Shown here one piece after another: positions 23,975-34,636 of a stretch of 64,000 bases of DNA. The notes beneath the pieces are model-generated. The model did not search any database and was not told where the DNA came from. It worked only from the letters and a program-made list of their open reading frames with translations. The DNA is from Vicugna vicugna (Eukaryota): the NCBI GenBank assembly GCA_013265495.1, contig MU058844.1, positions 3,539,895 through 3,603,894 of the forward strand. The letters run 5' to 3'. The translations under genes were made by a program, and so were the position numbers. Numbering within the stretch: the stretch's first letter is position 1; each line of letters starts with the position of its first letter.

Positions 23975-25870
23975 GGTTAAGTGGTTAGCTAATCCAGGAA
24001 AGTCCTAGGAGTAGCAAAAGATGTGCTAAGATGCCACAGCCTTCTTTCTGCATGTGGAGCACGTTCTGGACGGAGTGGAAGACGTGGCCCCGAGGTGTGG
24101 TCAGCACTGCCACTTACACAGCCGTGGATGTTATACACTTACCTTGTACTTGCTTCCGGTCGCACTGAACTCCCAAATGTTGGGTCCACGTGATTTCTGT
24201 GCTCAGGAGGCATCGCAAATGCTGTGTGCAAATGCGGAGACAATGAATGATGGACAAGCATCCTACATGTACTTCTTTTCCCGCTGTCTCACTGGACCTC
24301 ACCTAGAAAGTTCAATGACAACCTCATTAAGAATTTTAGCACGGTGACGTCAGAACATGAAGCCAAAAGCAGGACCCAAGGGGTACAGGCTGCATGTCCA
24401 TGGAGCTGTCCTGTTTTTCACCCCACTCTTTCTAGAACCAGTCTGGTCTTAGGGTAGGAGAGATTAAAGGGCTACCTGAGTGCCTGCCCTATGACTTGGC
24501 CTGGTGACAGTTCACCCTGCCAGTGAGCAGGGCTCTGAACCAAATCTGGTTGAGAAGATGGTTCTTGCTTGGAACAGAGAGAGTTATCCCAGAAAGCACA
24601 AAGAAATATGAGAGAAAGTAACAAAGGAGAGGCTACTTAACACAAGTGAAAGGGAGAGAGCAGGTAGGGATGAGGAACAGAAAATAACTGATGGCCAAGG
24701 CGGCTGCCAGAGATGCTCCCTGACCATCTTGGTGTGGGGGGTGAGGAACCCGGGGCTCAGAGAACGGGGGCCAGCTTGGGAACCCTGGTGGTGTTGGCTG
24801 AGTTCAGTCTTAGGGCTGTTGGTAGGGGTCACCTCAAAGAAAAGGGACTACCGATAAAACTGAGAAATAATCAGGGCCCAGGAATAAACAGACAAAGTTG
24901 GATATGAGTAATTATTAATTTAAAAAGGGATCTGGACATTAGTTTCCTGGTTTTTTCATAAGAAGTGAGGGCGAAATAGTGACTTCAGGATAGTCATTGT
25001 GTGTGTATGAGCTCTAACTATCTTTTCATGCGTATATATCTTTTATACATGGATATTTTTTCTTTCCTCTCCCTTGGGGGAAGGATGAATGAGTAGAATT
25101 ACCCGGGGGCAGGATAAAATGTCAAGAAAAGACAAGCTTTCTGAATTTGGAGACAAGTGAGAAATTTGGGCTTCAGTTTCAGACTAGAGAATCAGGGCAG
25201 GAATGAGACATCAGAAAGGAGCTGGCGGACTGACATTTGTTTGTGATTTATGGAGAAGGTTGTGGGAGTGGAAGTGTCTCCTCAAAGAAGTTGAAGCTCA
25301 GGAAACTTCTAGAGAGATCATCCATCTTGGGGAGAAGGGGTGAGGAGGAATTTCCCTGGGGCAAAGATCTGAGAAGATCCTGAGGAGAAAGCGGTGGTCT
25401 AGTTGGTGTCGCCCATAGACCAAGGCAAGAGGGGCCTGTCTTGAGTCCCCTGTTTACAGGGGTCCTGTCCTGGGATACCCTGGGCAAGGGTTCTGAGAGG
25501 CCAAGGGGACAGGCTCTCTTTCAAGACCACATCTTGAATGCCTAGGCTCTGCAAACTCTTGAGGCCTAAGTGTAGTGCCCACGTGGACATCCGCCCTAGG
25601 TTTATCCCCCTGATTGTAGGCTGTGGTGCACAACTAGGCTGCGGGGTTGCCAAGGGCTAGCTGTTAGGCAGGGTTTGAACTGCTTGGATGTGCCAGCTGG
25701 GTTATCCCCAGGCTGCTTGTGGGGCTGGATGGAACTGAGAGATGGAGAAGGGGTGGGCGGGGGACAGGGGAGGGCTCTCCCCATGTCTCTGTGATTCAGT
25801 GTGCAACTCTGACGGGTCCAAAAATACCGAATTTGAACCTGACCTTCCTTGTTATTAAAAACATAGAATT

Positions 25871-26003
25871 GGGGGAAGGATATAGCTCAGTGGTAGAACG
25901 CGTGCTTGGCACGCATAAAGTCATGGGTTTGATCCCCAACACCTCTGTTAAATAAAAAATAACAATAATAAATAAATAAACCTAATTACCCACCTTCTAA
26001 AAC
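25871..26003 (+). mobile_element. tRNA-derived SINE, camelid Vic-1-like
   Basis: A box tagctcagtgg, B-box-like ggtttgatccc, A-rich segment, then cctaattacc tail. Confidence 0.85.
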
Positions 26004-26869
26004 TGAAGACTGAATTGTTAAAGCCAGAGGATAGAGTATATTTTATTTACCCATTTATTCACTTTTTTTTTAAACTTTACTTATTCACTTGGTATGTGGG
26101 CATTCATTTGTTCTCCCACCCTGGCTCTGCCTCCCCGTGAATTCTTTCATGGCTTGGCTTAGATGAAGGTGGAGGGTGCTGAAATTCTGCCTTTTCCCTT
26201 CCCCCAACACTGTGATTATTTTGTTATTATCCTTAGCAATTAAGATGGAGACTCTTAAAGACCGGATAGCAGATTCTTCCTGCCTAAATATATTCTGAAT
26301 TACTTCCCATTGTGTGAATGGATATAGTTGTTTTTAAGTGAAGAATAAAAACATTTTGTTGTTTTAGGCACTATTTGTTCCTTCGATCTGTTCCTTGAAC
26401 GTGAGGGGGGAGAAAAAAAGGAGGGACCAGAATTACTGGTTAAATTGAGTATCCTGTTTCCGCAGATGACAGGAAGGCATTCCTTCCTCAGGGAACTGGG
26501 GCTCAGAGATCCTCTGCAAATCAGAGAAGCCAAGATCAGTCTGTACAGCCTGCTTTTTCCTCGTCCTTTAAACTCAGATCCCAAATCTCTTTTTCTTTCT
26601 CAGACTTGAAATTAGGAGTTTAAAAAAAGAGAACTAAAACAGCTTGGGTAAGGAGAGCAGTAGATCCTGAATGTTCTGTTGATTTAAAGTTTCAACTTCT
26701 GCTTTGGCCCAGGACCTGGAAGCAGAGCTGAGGCCGTTGAGGGGGCGGTGGGAGGGGGGCTTTAAGATTCCTTTCTGGAACACGTGACAAGGCCAATGTG
26801 TTTTACGACAGTATGGACAATATTAACAGATGTAGTTTCGGTTCTTGTCAACAACATGAAGACGTATTT

Positions 26870-27100
26870 CCTGAGCAATTCTTAGTGTGCTAGATATATG
26901 CTGAACATACGATTTGCATTATCTCATAATTAGCAGATTCTAATACAATTATTGATTATTGTTCTCATTTTACAGATAAGGAAATGGAGGATTTAAGACA
27001 CCTGTCCAAGATTCTAGAGCTAGTCAGTTACTCAGCTGGACCTGAAACCAGTTCTTTTTGATAACAAAGTTCATGCTTTTGACCATGAGGCTACACTGCA
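26870..27100 (-). mobile_element. MIR SINE
   Basis: ctcattttacagataaggaaatggagg...cctgtccaagattctagagctag. Confidence 0.75.
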
Positions 27101-27779
27101 CAGCTTTCTAATAGGAGGTTTGAGGTCGGGTCAGTTATTGCATTTAATTTGTAGAAGAGCAACATTTAGGCACATCATCTTGTCTGACTTTTTCGATGAA
27201 TAGTTGTGAAAGCACAGCTCCAGAGAGGACAAGTGACTGATTTGGGGTCAAACAGCTGGTTAGTGGCAAAACCAAAATTCAGGTTGTCCTAGATTCTACA
27301 TTGGCAGTTATTCTGCTACATTCTGATGAAGGACGCGTTTGAAAGTACGGTTGAGTGACGGTGGGTGGGGAAAGTGGAAATGTTCCCTTTTAAAATTCAA
27401 ACGTGGAGCAGACCGCCAGCCTTTCTTATTTCCCTGCTTTTTCTTTGCCTTGTAATCTGTTCCATGAATTCTGAAAGCTTTCACGAGGAAATCCATTGCT
27501 TATGGTTTGACCTTAATATGTCATAGTAGGGATGAAGGTGTGTGGTGGTTTCTCCTGCAAAAACAAACATCAAACAGGGGCTTTGTTTTTCTGGTTGTTC
27601 CAGCAAACTGTCTTCCTTCTTTTCCTTGGTGGGTAGGGTATAAAAGGTGAGAGAGGCATGCCCCAATTTTCAAGTACCTAATTTACACCTGACTTCCTGT
27701 GTGAACAACACTTTGTTCTCAATCTTGCCTAATAGAAATTGTGGGGGAAGGTCACATGATGTCTCTTATTTACTTAAAA

Positions 27780-27884
27780 AATTTTATTTATTTATTTTTC
27801 TTTCCATTTATTTAATTTTTTTTAATGGAAGTATAGTTGGTTTACAATGTTGTGTTAATTTCTAGTGTACAGCATAGAGATTCA

Positions 27885-27915
<31 letters not shown>

Positions 27916-28308
27916 TTCTTTTCCTATTCTTTTTCATTATAGGTTACTAAAAGATACTGAATATAGTTCCCTGCTATAGAGTAGGATGTTGCTATTTATC
28001 TAGTTTATATATAGTAGTTAGTATCTGCAAATCCCAAACTCCCAGTTTATCCCTCCCCTCTCCCCTTTGGTAACCATAAGTTTGTTTTCTATGTTTGTGA
28101 GTCTGTTTCTCTTTTGTAAATAAATTCATGTAATTTTGTTTTTTTTCAGATTCCACATATAAGTGATATCATATGGTATTTTTCTTTCTCTTTCTGGTTT
28201 ACTTCACTTAGTATGACAATCTTCAGGTCCATCCATGTTGCTGCAAATGGCATTATTTTATTCTTTTTATGGCTGAGTAGTATTCCATTGTGTGTGTGTG
28301 TGTATCAC
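27780..28308 (-). mobile_element. L1 3' end (ORF2 tail, 3' UTR, A-rich tail) with an internal (TA)n
   Basis: T-rich tail, gaagtatagttggtttacaatgttgtg, agattccacatataagtgatatcatatggtatt; (TA)n at ~27889-27914. Confidence 0.9.
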
Positions 28309-28369
28309 AATGTAAATACTTCTGCGTAAAAAAGACAAGTTTTAAAAAGGAAACTGAAAATTTTTTGAA

Positions 28370-28751
28370 TCTTGTTTTACTTCTGGTTTTTTTTGCTGTG
28401 CAGAAGCTTGTAAGTTTCATTAGGTCCCATTTGTTTATTCTTGCTTTTATTTCTTCTAGGAGAAAATTTTTGAAATGTATGTCAGATAATGTTTTGCCTG
28501 TTTTCCTCTAGGAGGTTTATTGTGTCTTGTCTTATGTTTAAGTCTTTGATCAATTTTGATTGATTTTTGTATATGGTGTAAGGGAGTGTTCTAGCTTCAT
28601 TGTTTTACATGCTGCTGTCCAGTTTTCCCAGTACCATTTGCTGAAGAGACTGTCTTTATTCCATTGTATATTCTTGCCTCCTTTGTTGAAGATTAGTTGA
28701 CCAAAAGTTTGTGGGTTCATTTCTGGGCTCTCTATTCTGTTCCATTGGTCT
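28370..28751 (-). mobile_element. Internal L1 ORF2 fragment, no tail, flanked by a 16-bp direct repeat
   Basis: Aligns by eye to 20622-21006 with about 12 substitutions and 2 small indels; ctgaaaattttttgaa at 28354-28369 and 28752-28767. Confidence 0.93.
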
Positions 28752-28959
28752 CTGAAAATTTTTTGAAACGTCAATCTACTATATGGATTCAGAAGTTGTT
28801 TCAGTTCGCTTTTGTAGTAGAACCAAAATGCGGTGGCCTAAATCACAATCATTTATTTGCTCACAATCCTTTGGGTCAGCAGTCTGTGTAGGGCTCAGCT
28901 GGGACTGTGCGTCTCAGCTTTCACTATGGCTGGAGTGGGGACAAAAACACACGGTTGGC

Positions 28960-29335
28960 GACGATGTCCGCGAGGGTTCCTTCCATCCCCACCCAAAGGC
29001 CCCTTGGTAATGTGACTGCCACTCCTCTCACCAAATAGAAGAGTTTATTTCTCTGCTCCTGGAATCTTTAACCAGGTGACTACTCTTGCCCGAGGGGGCA
29101 CTGGCAAACATGACAAATACTTGCACGATGGGGGCTTGCTCTCTTGCTGCTGGGAACCAGGAGCCCACCTTCTAAAGAAGACTAAACGAATTTCCTGGAG
29201 AAGGAGAAGCCGCATGGAGAGACGGGCCAACCATCTTCACTGCTGAGGCTGTCTTAGACCTTTCAGTCCCTGTCAGGTTGACCCAGACCAGAAGAACTTA
29301 GAGAAATAAGTCATTGGTCCTAGAAGCCACTTACT
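28960..29335 (+). mobile_element. MaLR LTR (MLT1F/G-like); an opposite-strand MLT1 piece lies at ~28800-28920
   Basis: aatgtgactgccactcctctcacc...gggcttgctctcttgctgctgggaacc...agagaaataagtcattgg. Confidence 0.65.
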
Positions 29336-30496
29336 CTTCACTTTTTGGTTTTTTTGTTTAAAATATCACATTTACTAACCAGATCAAAAGTCTTAGGGAT
29401 TACAGTGATTTTTTTAAAAAATGATTTTTGTATGCTTAACAGCCTGAATGATTCCCTAGCAATCTGAGGCAGTCTTAAGAAATCTTCTCCCACAAAATGG
29501 TATTACTGGTATCACTGCCTGACATAGAGCTTGTGAAACCATTGTTGTAAGACAAAAAGTCCTTTCTGGTGAAGAAATCAGTGAAAGGGAAGTCGAGAAT
29601 GATGTGCCGGCACCATGGATTTACAGAGCTGCTGTAAGCAAGGGCTTTCGCCCCGTCTCCCAGCAAAGGGGATCAATAGCTAAAAATACCTTCTGAAAAT
29701 ACCTTCAAATGGCACCTGCAACATAATTCTAAATGAATAAAGGTCAAGTGTGTAAACTAGACTAATGGTGCTTAAATGAGTGAAAGAATTAAAAAATAAA
29801 GAGGCAATCTGGAGACTCTTTTTACTTCCTCTTGGAATATAACTTTTCTTTAAGAAGAACAGGGAAAATCCTTCCTACTCTTTGACTTCCTGGGTTAGCG
29901 GATATTTTCAGGCATTTGGTCTAATCACATCAATGTCTTGAGAAAAACGTTCCATTTGACTTGCAACAGATGTTGTTGATGCATAAAAATCCACCAGGAA
30001 ATACCTTCTTCTGTTGTGTGTTCACTGTGGATGGAGATCAAACAAGGAAGTGCCTGTTTCCCCACGTTTTCCAAGTTCCTCACTATGGCTCCATGTCCAT
30101 TGGGACAGACCAGGGGTGGCTGTCTCTAGTGGTTGCATGGCTTTCTGGATCAAAGCCAGCACTAAAGTGGGGCACTGCTCCTGTACGCCATGTGTGGCTT
30201 GGGACTGGGGCAGCTCCCGGGACACAGGAGGACTGGGCTTGTGGTATGGGGGCCATAAGGATTAGAAGGACTGCAGGGACAGCACTGGAACTGGTGGGTA
30301 AGAAGATTCCTGGGGCATGAAAAGCCTAAGCCTTTCAGTTTGGGAGTGGTTCGTTTGGCAACTAAAACTAACTGGTATATAAATAGAACAACCTTAGAAG
30401 ATTGTTTGGAGTATTACTAATTATGAAAACAATGCCAATGCCAATGCCAATACCCAGCAGGTGAGAACAGCATAAAAATTACTACTACTATAGTAG

Positions 30497-31520
30497 TACT
30501 ATATAATTAACATATAACATTGTATTCATTTTAGGTGTACAATATAATGATTTGATATATGTAGATAGTATGAAATGATTACCAGAATACATTTAGTTAA
30601 CATTTATCACCATACTTAGTCACTTTTTTTTTCTTATGATGAGAACTACTTAGATTGGCTCTCTTAGAAAGTTTCAAATATATTCTACAGTATTGTTAAC
30701 TATAGTTACCATGCTGTACCTTTTATGCCAGGACTTACTGAATTTATAATTAGAAGTTTGTACTTTTTTAAAATTGAACTATAGTTGATTTATAATGTTG
30801 TGTTAGTTTCTTGTGTACAGCATAGTGACTCAGTTATACATATATATATTCTTCTTCATCACAGGTTATACGAGCTATTGAATATAGTTCCCTGTGCCAC
30901 ACAGTAGGTCCTTGTTTATTTTATATATGGTAGTGTGCATCTGTTAATCCCATACTCCTAGTTTATTCCTCCCCCTGCCCTTTCCCCTTTGGTAGCCATA
31001 AATTTGTTTTCTATGTTTGTGAGTCTGTTTCTGTTTTGTAAATAAGTTCATTTGTGTCATTTTTTTAGATTTCACATATAAATGATATGATATTTGTCTT
31101 TCTCTGTCTGACCTACTTCACTTAGTATGATAATCTCTAGGTCCACCCATGTTGTTGCAAATAACATTATTTTTCTTTTTTATGGCTGAGTAGTATTCCA
31201 TTCCATTGTGGTATTTAAATACGACATCTTCGTTACCCATTCATCCCTCGAAGGACATTTATGTTGTTTCCATGACTTTGCTATTGTAACTAGTGCTGCT
31301 ATGAACATTGGGGTGCATGTATCTTTCCAAATTAGAGTTTTTTCTGGATATATGCCCAGGAGTGGGATTGCTGGATCATATGGTTACTCTATTTTTAGTT
31401 TTTTCAAGGAATTTACATAATTTACATAATGACTGCAGCAAATACATTCCCATCTAGAAGTCTGTGCTTTCTGACCACCTTCATCCATTTCACCCATCCC
31501 CCAACATCTGGTAACCCCCA
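30497..31520 (-). mobile_element. Old L1 3' end (L1MA9-like) interrupted by a younger L1
   Basis: ttttaggtgtacaatataatgatttgatatatg...cagtattgttaactatagttaccatgctgtac; resumes after 31470 (ctgaccaccttcatccatttcaccc). Confidence 0.8.
30767..31454 (-). mobile_element. Nested 5'-truncated L1 3' end
   Basis: L1 3' UTR plus ORF2 tail; degenerate TSD tagaagtttgtacttt (30751-30766) versus tagaagtctgtgcttt (31455-31470), 14/16. Confidence 0.85.
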
Positions 31521-32195
31521 GAGGTTATTAAAAACTACTGTTATCAAAACTAACAAGGGTGTTAATGAGCCTGACAACCAAAATATCCTGTATTTCCCAT
31601 ACAAAAAGTCCTTGTTGGCAAAGGTCAAAGGACTTTCATAGAATGACCTCATTTAAATGTATACACTCTGTCAAAAAATGTTTGCCCTACACTTCCATTT
31701 GTAATTGCTGACATGTATTCTATGTTACTTAGAGATACTTCTGAGGGGATAGTGTTAATAGAAATATAAGCAAGTACAGTATCTGTAGGAATTAGAGATA
31801 TGAAGGATTGGCTAACTTTTCGCATAGAAGGTGAAGGATTGGCTGGCTTTTCATAATTTAGTCAGATTGCTTCCCTCTGGACATCTCAACTATTTGAAGG
31901 GAGAAAGGATTTTTACTGTAGGGAGAGACAAAGGAAGGGAGCACTTTGGAAGGCTGGGATGTAGTGGTTGCAACTAAGGGGTGTGGATCAGTACAAATGT
32001 GATGAGGTCCTGGAGAAGACCTACAGGAGCTGGTAAACAGTGTATGGAGCAGGTGATGGTGCTGAAGACAAGGTCTTGGGCTGGTCTTGACTTCAGGAAT
32101 TGAGGAGAAAACGTCCTATTCCTCTTGCTTCCTATTCCTCAAAGCCCATCACATTGGAGTTCTTAGCATAGGTTAGATACATTATGACATACGAT

Positions 32196-32478
32196 AGTAT
32201 TTTCCCAAATATGTTCTTTGTTTCATTAACATCTCAAAATGTTCAGATGTTAGAGATAAGGAGTAAAATAAATCTGACAAATATAATATATTAAATTCTA
32301 CTTTTTATTGATGCATATTAGTAATAATGTGTTGAAGACTTTAAGAAATACTACAGTAAAGACATTATTCCCTCTTTTTAAAATCCAATGCTTGTCAATT
32401 CTGTTTAAAGACAGAATTATTTCCCTCTATAAAGTGTTTCAACATCTCATAAAACTGGCTTTCACTTGAGAAAAGCTG
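32196..32478. mobile_element. hAT-Charlie (MER113-like) relic
   Basis: Termini tagtattttcccaaa and ttgagaaaagctg; internal gactttaagaaatactacagtaaaga. Confidence 0.5.
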
Positions 32479-32676
32479 AGTTAGTTGGCTCAATTCAACC
32501 TGTAGTTATGTGTATGTGTGTATATATATATATATGTATGCATGCATATGCTAAGTATCTTGGACAGATACAAAGATATGTTAGATATGGTATTGGTTTC
32601 AGAAAATTAATAGGCACAATGGGGAATATAAAAATGGTACACAAAAATATTATATGAAATAGAAAGAGATAAGGGC

Positions 32677-33200
32677 TGTATCAGTATTTCCACTGGAAAT
32701 AACAAAGCCCAGCTCAAAGTGGCCTGAATGGTAAGAGGGAATGATTGACTTACGTAACTGGCAAGTTCAGAGGGAGAGCAGGCTTAAGGAGCTTGTTCTA
32801 TCAGGATCCTGGCTCTATTTCTCCTGCCCTCCTCAGGGTGTCAATTTCATGCTGGCTTTCTTGATGGGAACAACATGTCTTTCCACCAACATGAGTCATA
32901 TTATCCTTAATTTTCAAGTCCAGGAAAAGAATGTCCCCTCCTACAGCCATTGGTTAAAAGTCCTAAGATTTGTGCTGACTGGACCCCTCCTGAAACAGTC
33001 CATATGGCCAGGAAAATGCCAAATACCTGCTGGTTTAGGACCGAGTTACCTGGATCAAAGACTAGGTCAAGAGAGATGAGATTACTCTGATCAGCACAGA
33101 CTCCACCCCAGGAAATAGGGGTGGGCTCAATCTCACTGGAATGCTATGGCCATTACCACAGATCGGAGAGGGTAGAAGGCATGTGGGGGGGGGGGAATAA
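32677..33200 (-). mobile_element. Old MaLR LTR (MLT1K/L-like)
   Basis: aacaaagcccagctcaaagtggcctgaatggtaagagggaatgattgacttacgtaactggcaagttcag. Confidence 0.6.
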
Positions 33201-34149
33201 CCACAATGTCCACCATGGAAGGACCACAAAGAGTGCTTTAGACCTGTGGATCCAGTGATGGGTTCCATCTGTTGAGAATCTTGGAGTAGGTTTTGATCTG
33301 GTTGCCAAGGGCATGAGTTGGCTGTGAATACAAAGGAGAGGAGGGGTAAAGGGCTTTCCAGGAGGAGGGAGCTGCATGAGTCAAGTCAGAGGGGCAGGGC
33401 ATGGAGGAGCGTGAGTGGAGTGCTCTTAGGCAGATCCATTTGGATGGAATAATCACAATAATGTTTTTATGGGAAAATTCCCTCTGTGTTCCAAGTACTT
33501 AAAAAATGAGGTTTTGAAACTCAACCCATTAGTAATTTTGGGAACTCCCTGTTCTTTTGGTGACAGTGGTAGCCCTACTGCCATTTCTGATTGTTTATGT
33601 TTATGTTTCATATGTTTATGTTTACATAAAGTTGGTACATCCATGCAGAATCTTTTTAGGAAAACTAGACTTGTTTGAAAAGATGCCAGGTTAGTGCAGG
33701 GTTGACCAGTGCCACATTTTATAGCAAAGTATTTGTTGACAGAAATAAAATGAATTCCTTTACACTCCCTAAGGACCTCTTGCTTTTTGTATATTATTAT
33801 ATGTAATAATTTAGATTAGACATAAAATGCAGTTTTAAAAGTCAGAGTTTGGAAGGGATTCCTGTACTAAGTGTTTAGCATTTTGAGTAACTAAAAAGAC
33901 CATCATCCTGTTCTTAATTTAACATAAATCGCCTGGACAAAATTTCACAGCTGTTAATAGACTGAAGTACATTAACAGTATGAATTAAGGAAAAAAGAAG
34001 AGGTGTATGCTTTTGTGTATGGAGAAACCAAATGTGCAGTTACCTACCTGGTAACAGGAAAATAGACTAGTGGATGCTCTAGTATATTTTGAGCTTTTTA
34101 AAATTTCTCCTTGATTTTTTTCTTTTCATTTTTTAAAAGAGGTCTTCAT

Positions 34150-34636
34150 ATTTCTTTATTTAGTTTAGTTTTTTGTTTGCTTATTTTTGCTTTTTTTTAT
34201 ATGTTCTAATTATTTTTTTTGAACATTTTTTATTGATTTATAATCATTTTACAATGTTGTGTTTATTTTTGCTTTTTTAATTGAGGTATAGTTGATTTAC
34301 TATTTAGCCATTAAAAAAGAATGAAATCTTGCCATTTGCAACAACATGGATGGAACTGGAGGGTATGATGCTAAGTAAGGTAAGTCAGCCAGAGAAAGAC
34401 AAATACTGCATGATATCACTTATATGTGGAATCTAAAAAATGAAACAAATAAGTAAGTATAAGAAAAACAGACAGACTCACAGATCTAGAGGACAAACTA
34501 GTGATTACCAGTGGAGAGAGGGAAGGGGGAGGGGCACGGTGGGGGTAGAGGATTATGAGGTAACAAACCACCATGTATAAAATAAATAAGATACAAAGAT
34601 TTATTGTACGGTGCAGGGAATATAGCCAATATCTTT
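34150..34636. mobile_element. Older L1 3' fragment with an inversion: minus-strand tail and terminus (to 34300) plus + strand piece (34301-34636)
   Basis: aattgaggtatagttgatttac (reversed L1 terminus) joined directly to the sense ORF2 end and 3' UTR (aatgaaatcttgccatttgcaacaacatggatgg...atatgtggaatctaa). Confidence 0.8.
34197..34262 (-). mobile_element. 66-bp L1 3'-terminal stub with TSD
   Basis: TSD ttatttttgctttttt at 34181-34196 and 34263-34278, site TTTT/AA; contains an L1 terminus with AATAAA on the minus strand (34229-34234). Confidence 0.8.

Larger units (their letters stand above)
19217..24413 (-). mobile_element. hAT-Tip100 DNA transposon (MER45B/C-like, ~0.97 kb without the insert), split by the L1
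   Basis: MER45-type ends cagtggtggctacataacttgtgtggcc (from 19217) and gctgcatgtccatggagctgtcctg (to 24413); 8-bp TSD ttgttcac (19209-19216) versus tttttcac (24414-24421), 7/8 identical. Confidence 0.8.

Noticed and set aside
24700..25130. Possible ancient Gypsy-type LTR relic
   Set aside because: Only a vague resemblance; I could not define termini or diagnostic motifs.
25871..25950. tRNA-like sequence (also at 6930-7003 and 57518-57596)
   Set aside because: A-rich tails, mutual divergence and no intact cloverleaf indicate SINEs, not tRNA genes.
26731..26750. CTCF-like site ggccgttgagggggcgg (also 17499-17512)
   Set aside because: The match to the core motif is incomplete in both cases.
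30483..30498. 16-bp perfect palindrome tactactatagtagta
   Set aside because: Low-complexity trinucleotide sequence at a decayed L1 tail.
31801..31854. Short direct repeat tgaaggattggct (similar short repeats at ~1417, ~3636 and ~32115)
   Set aside because: Ordinary small slippage duplications with no further structure.
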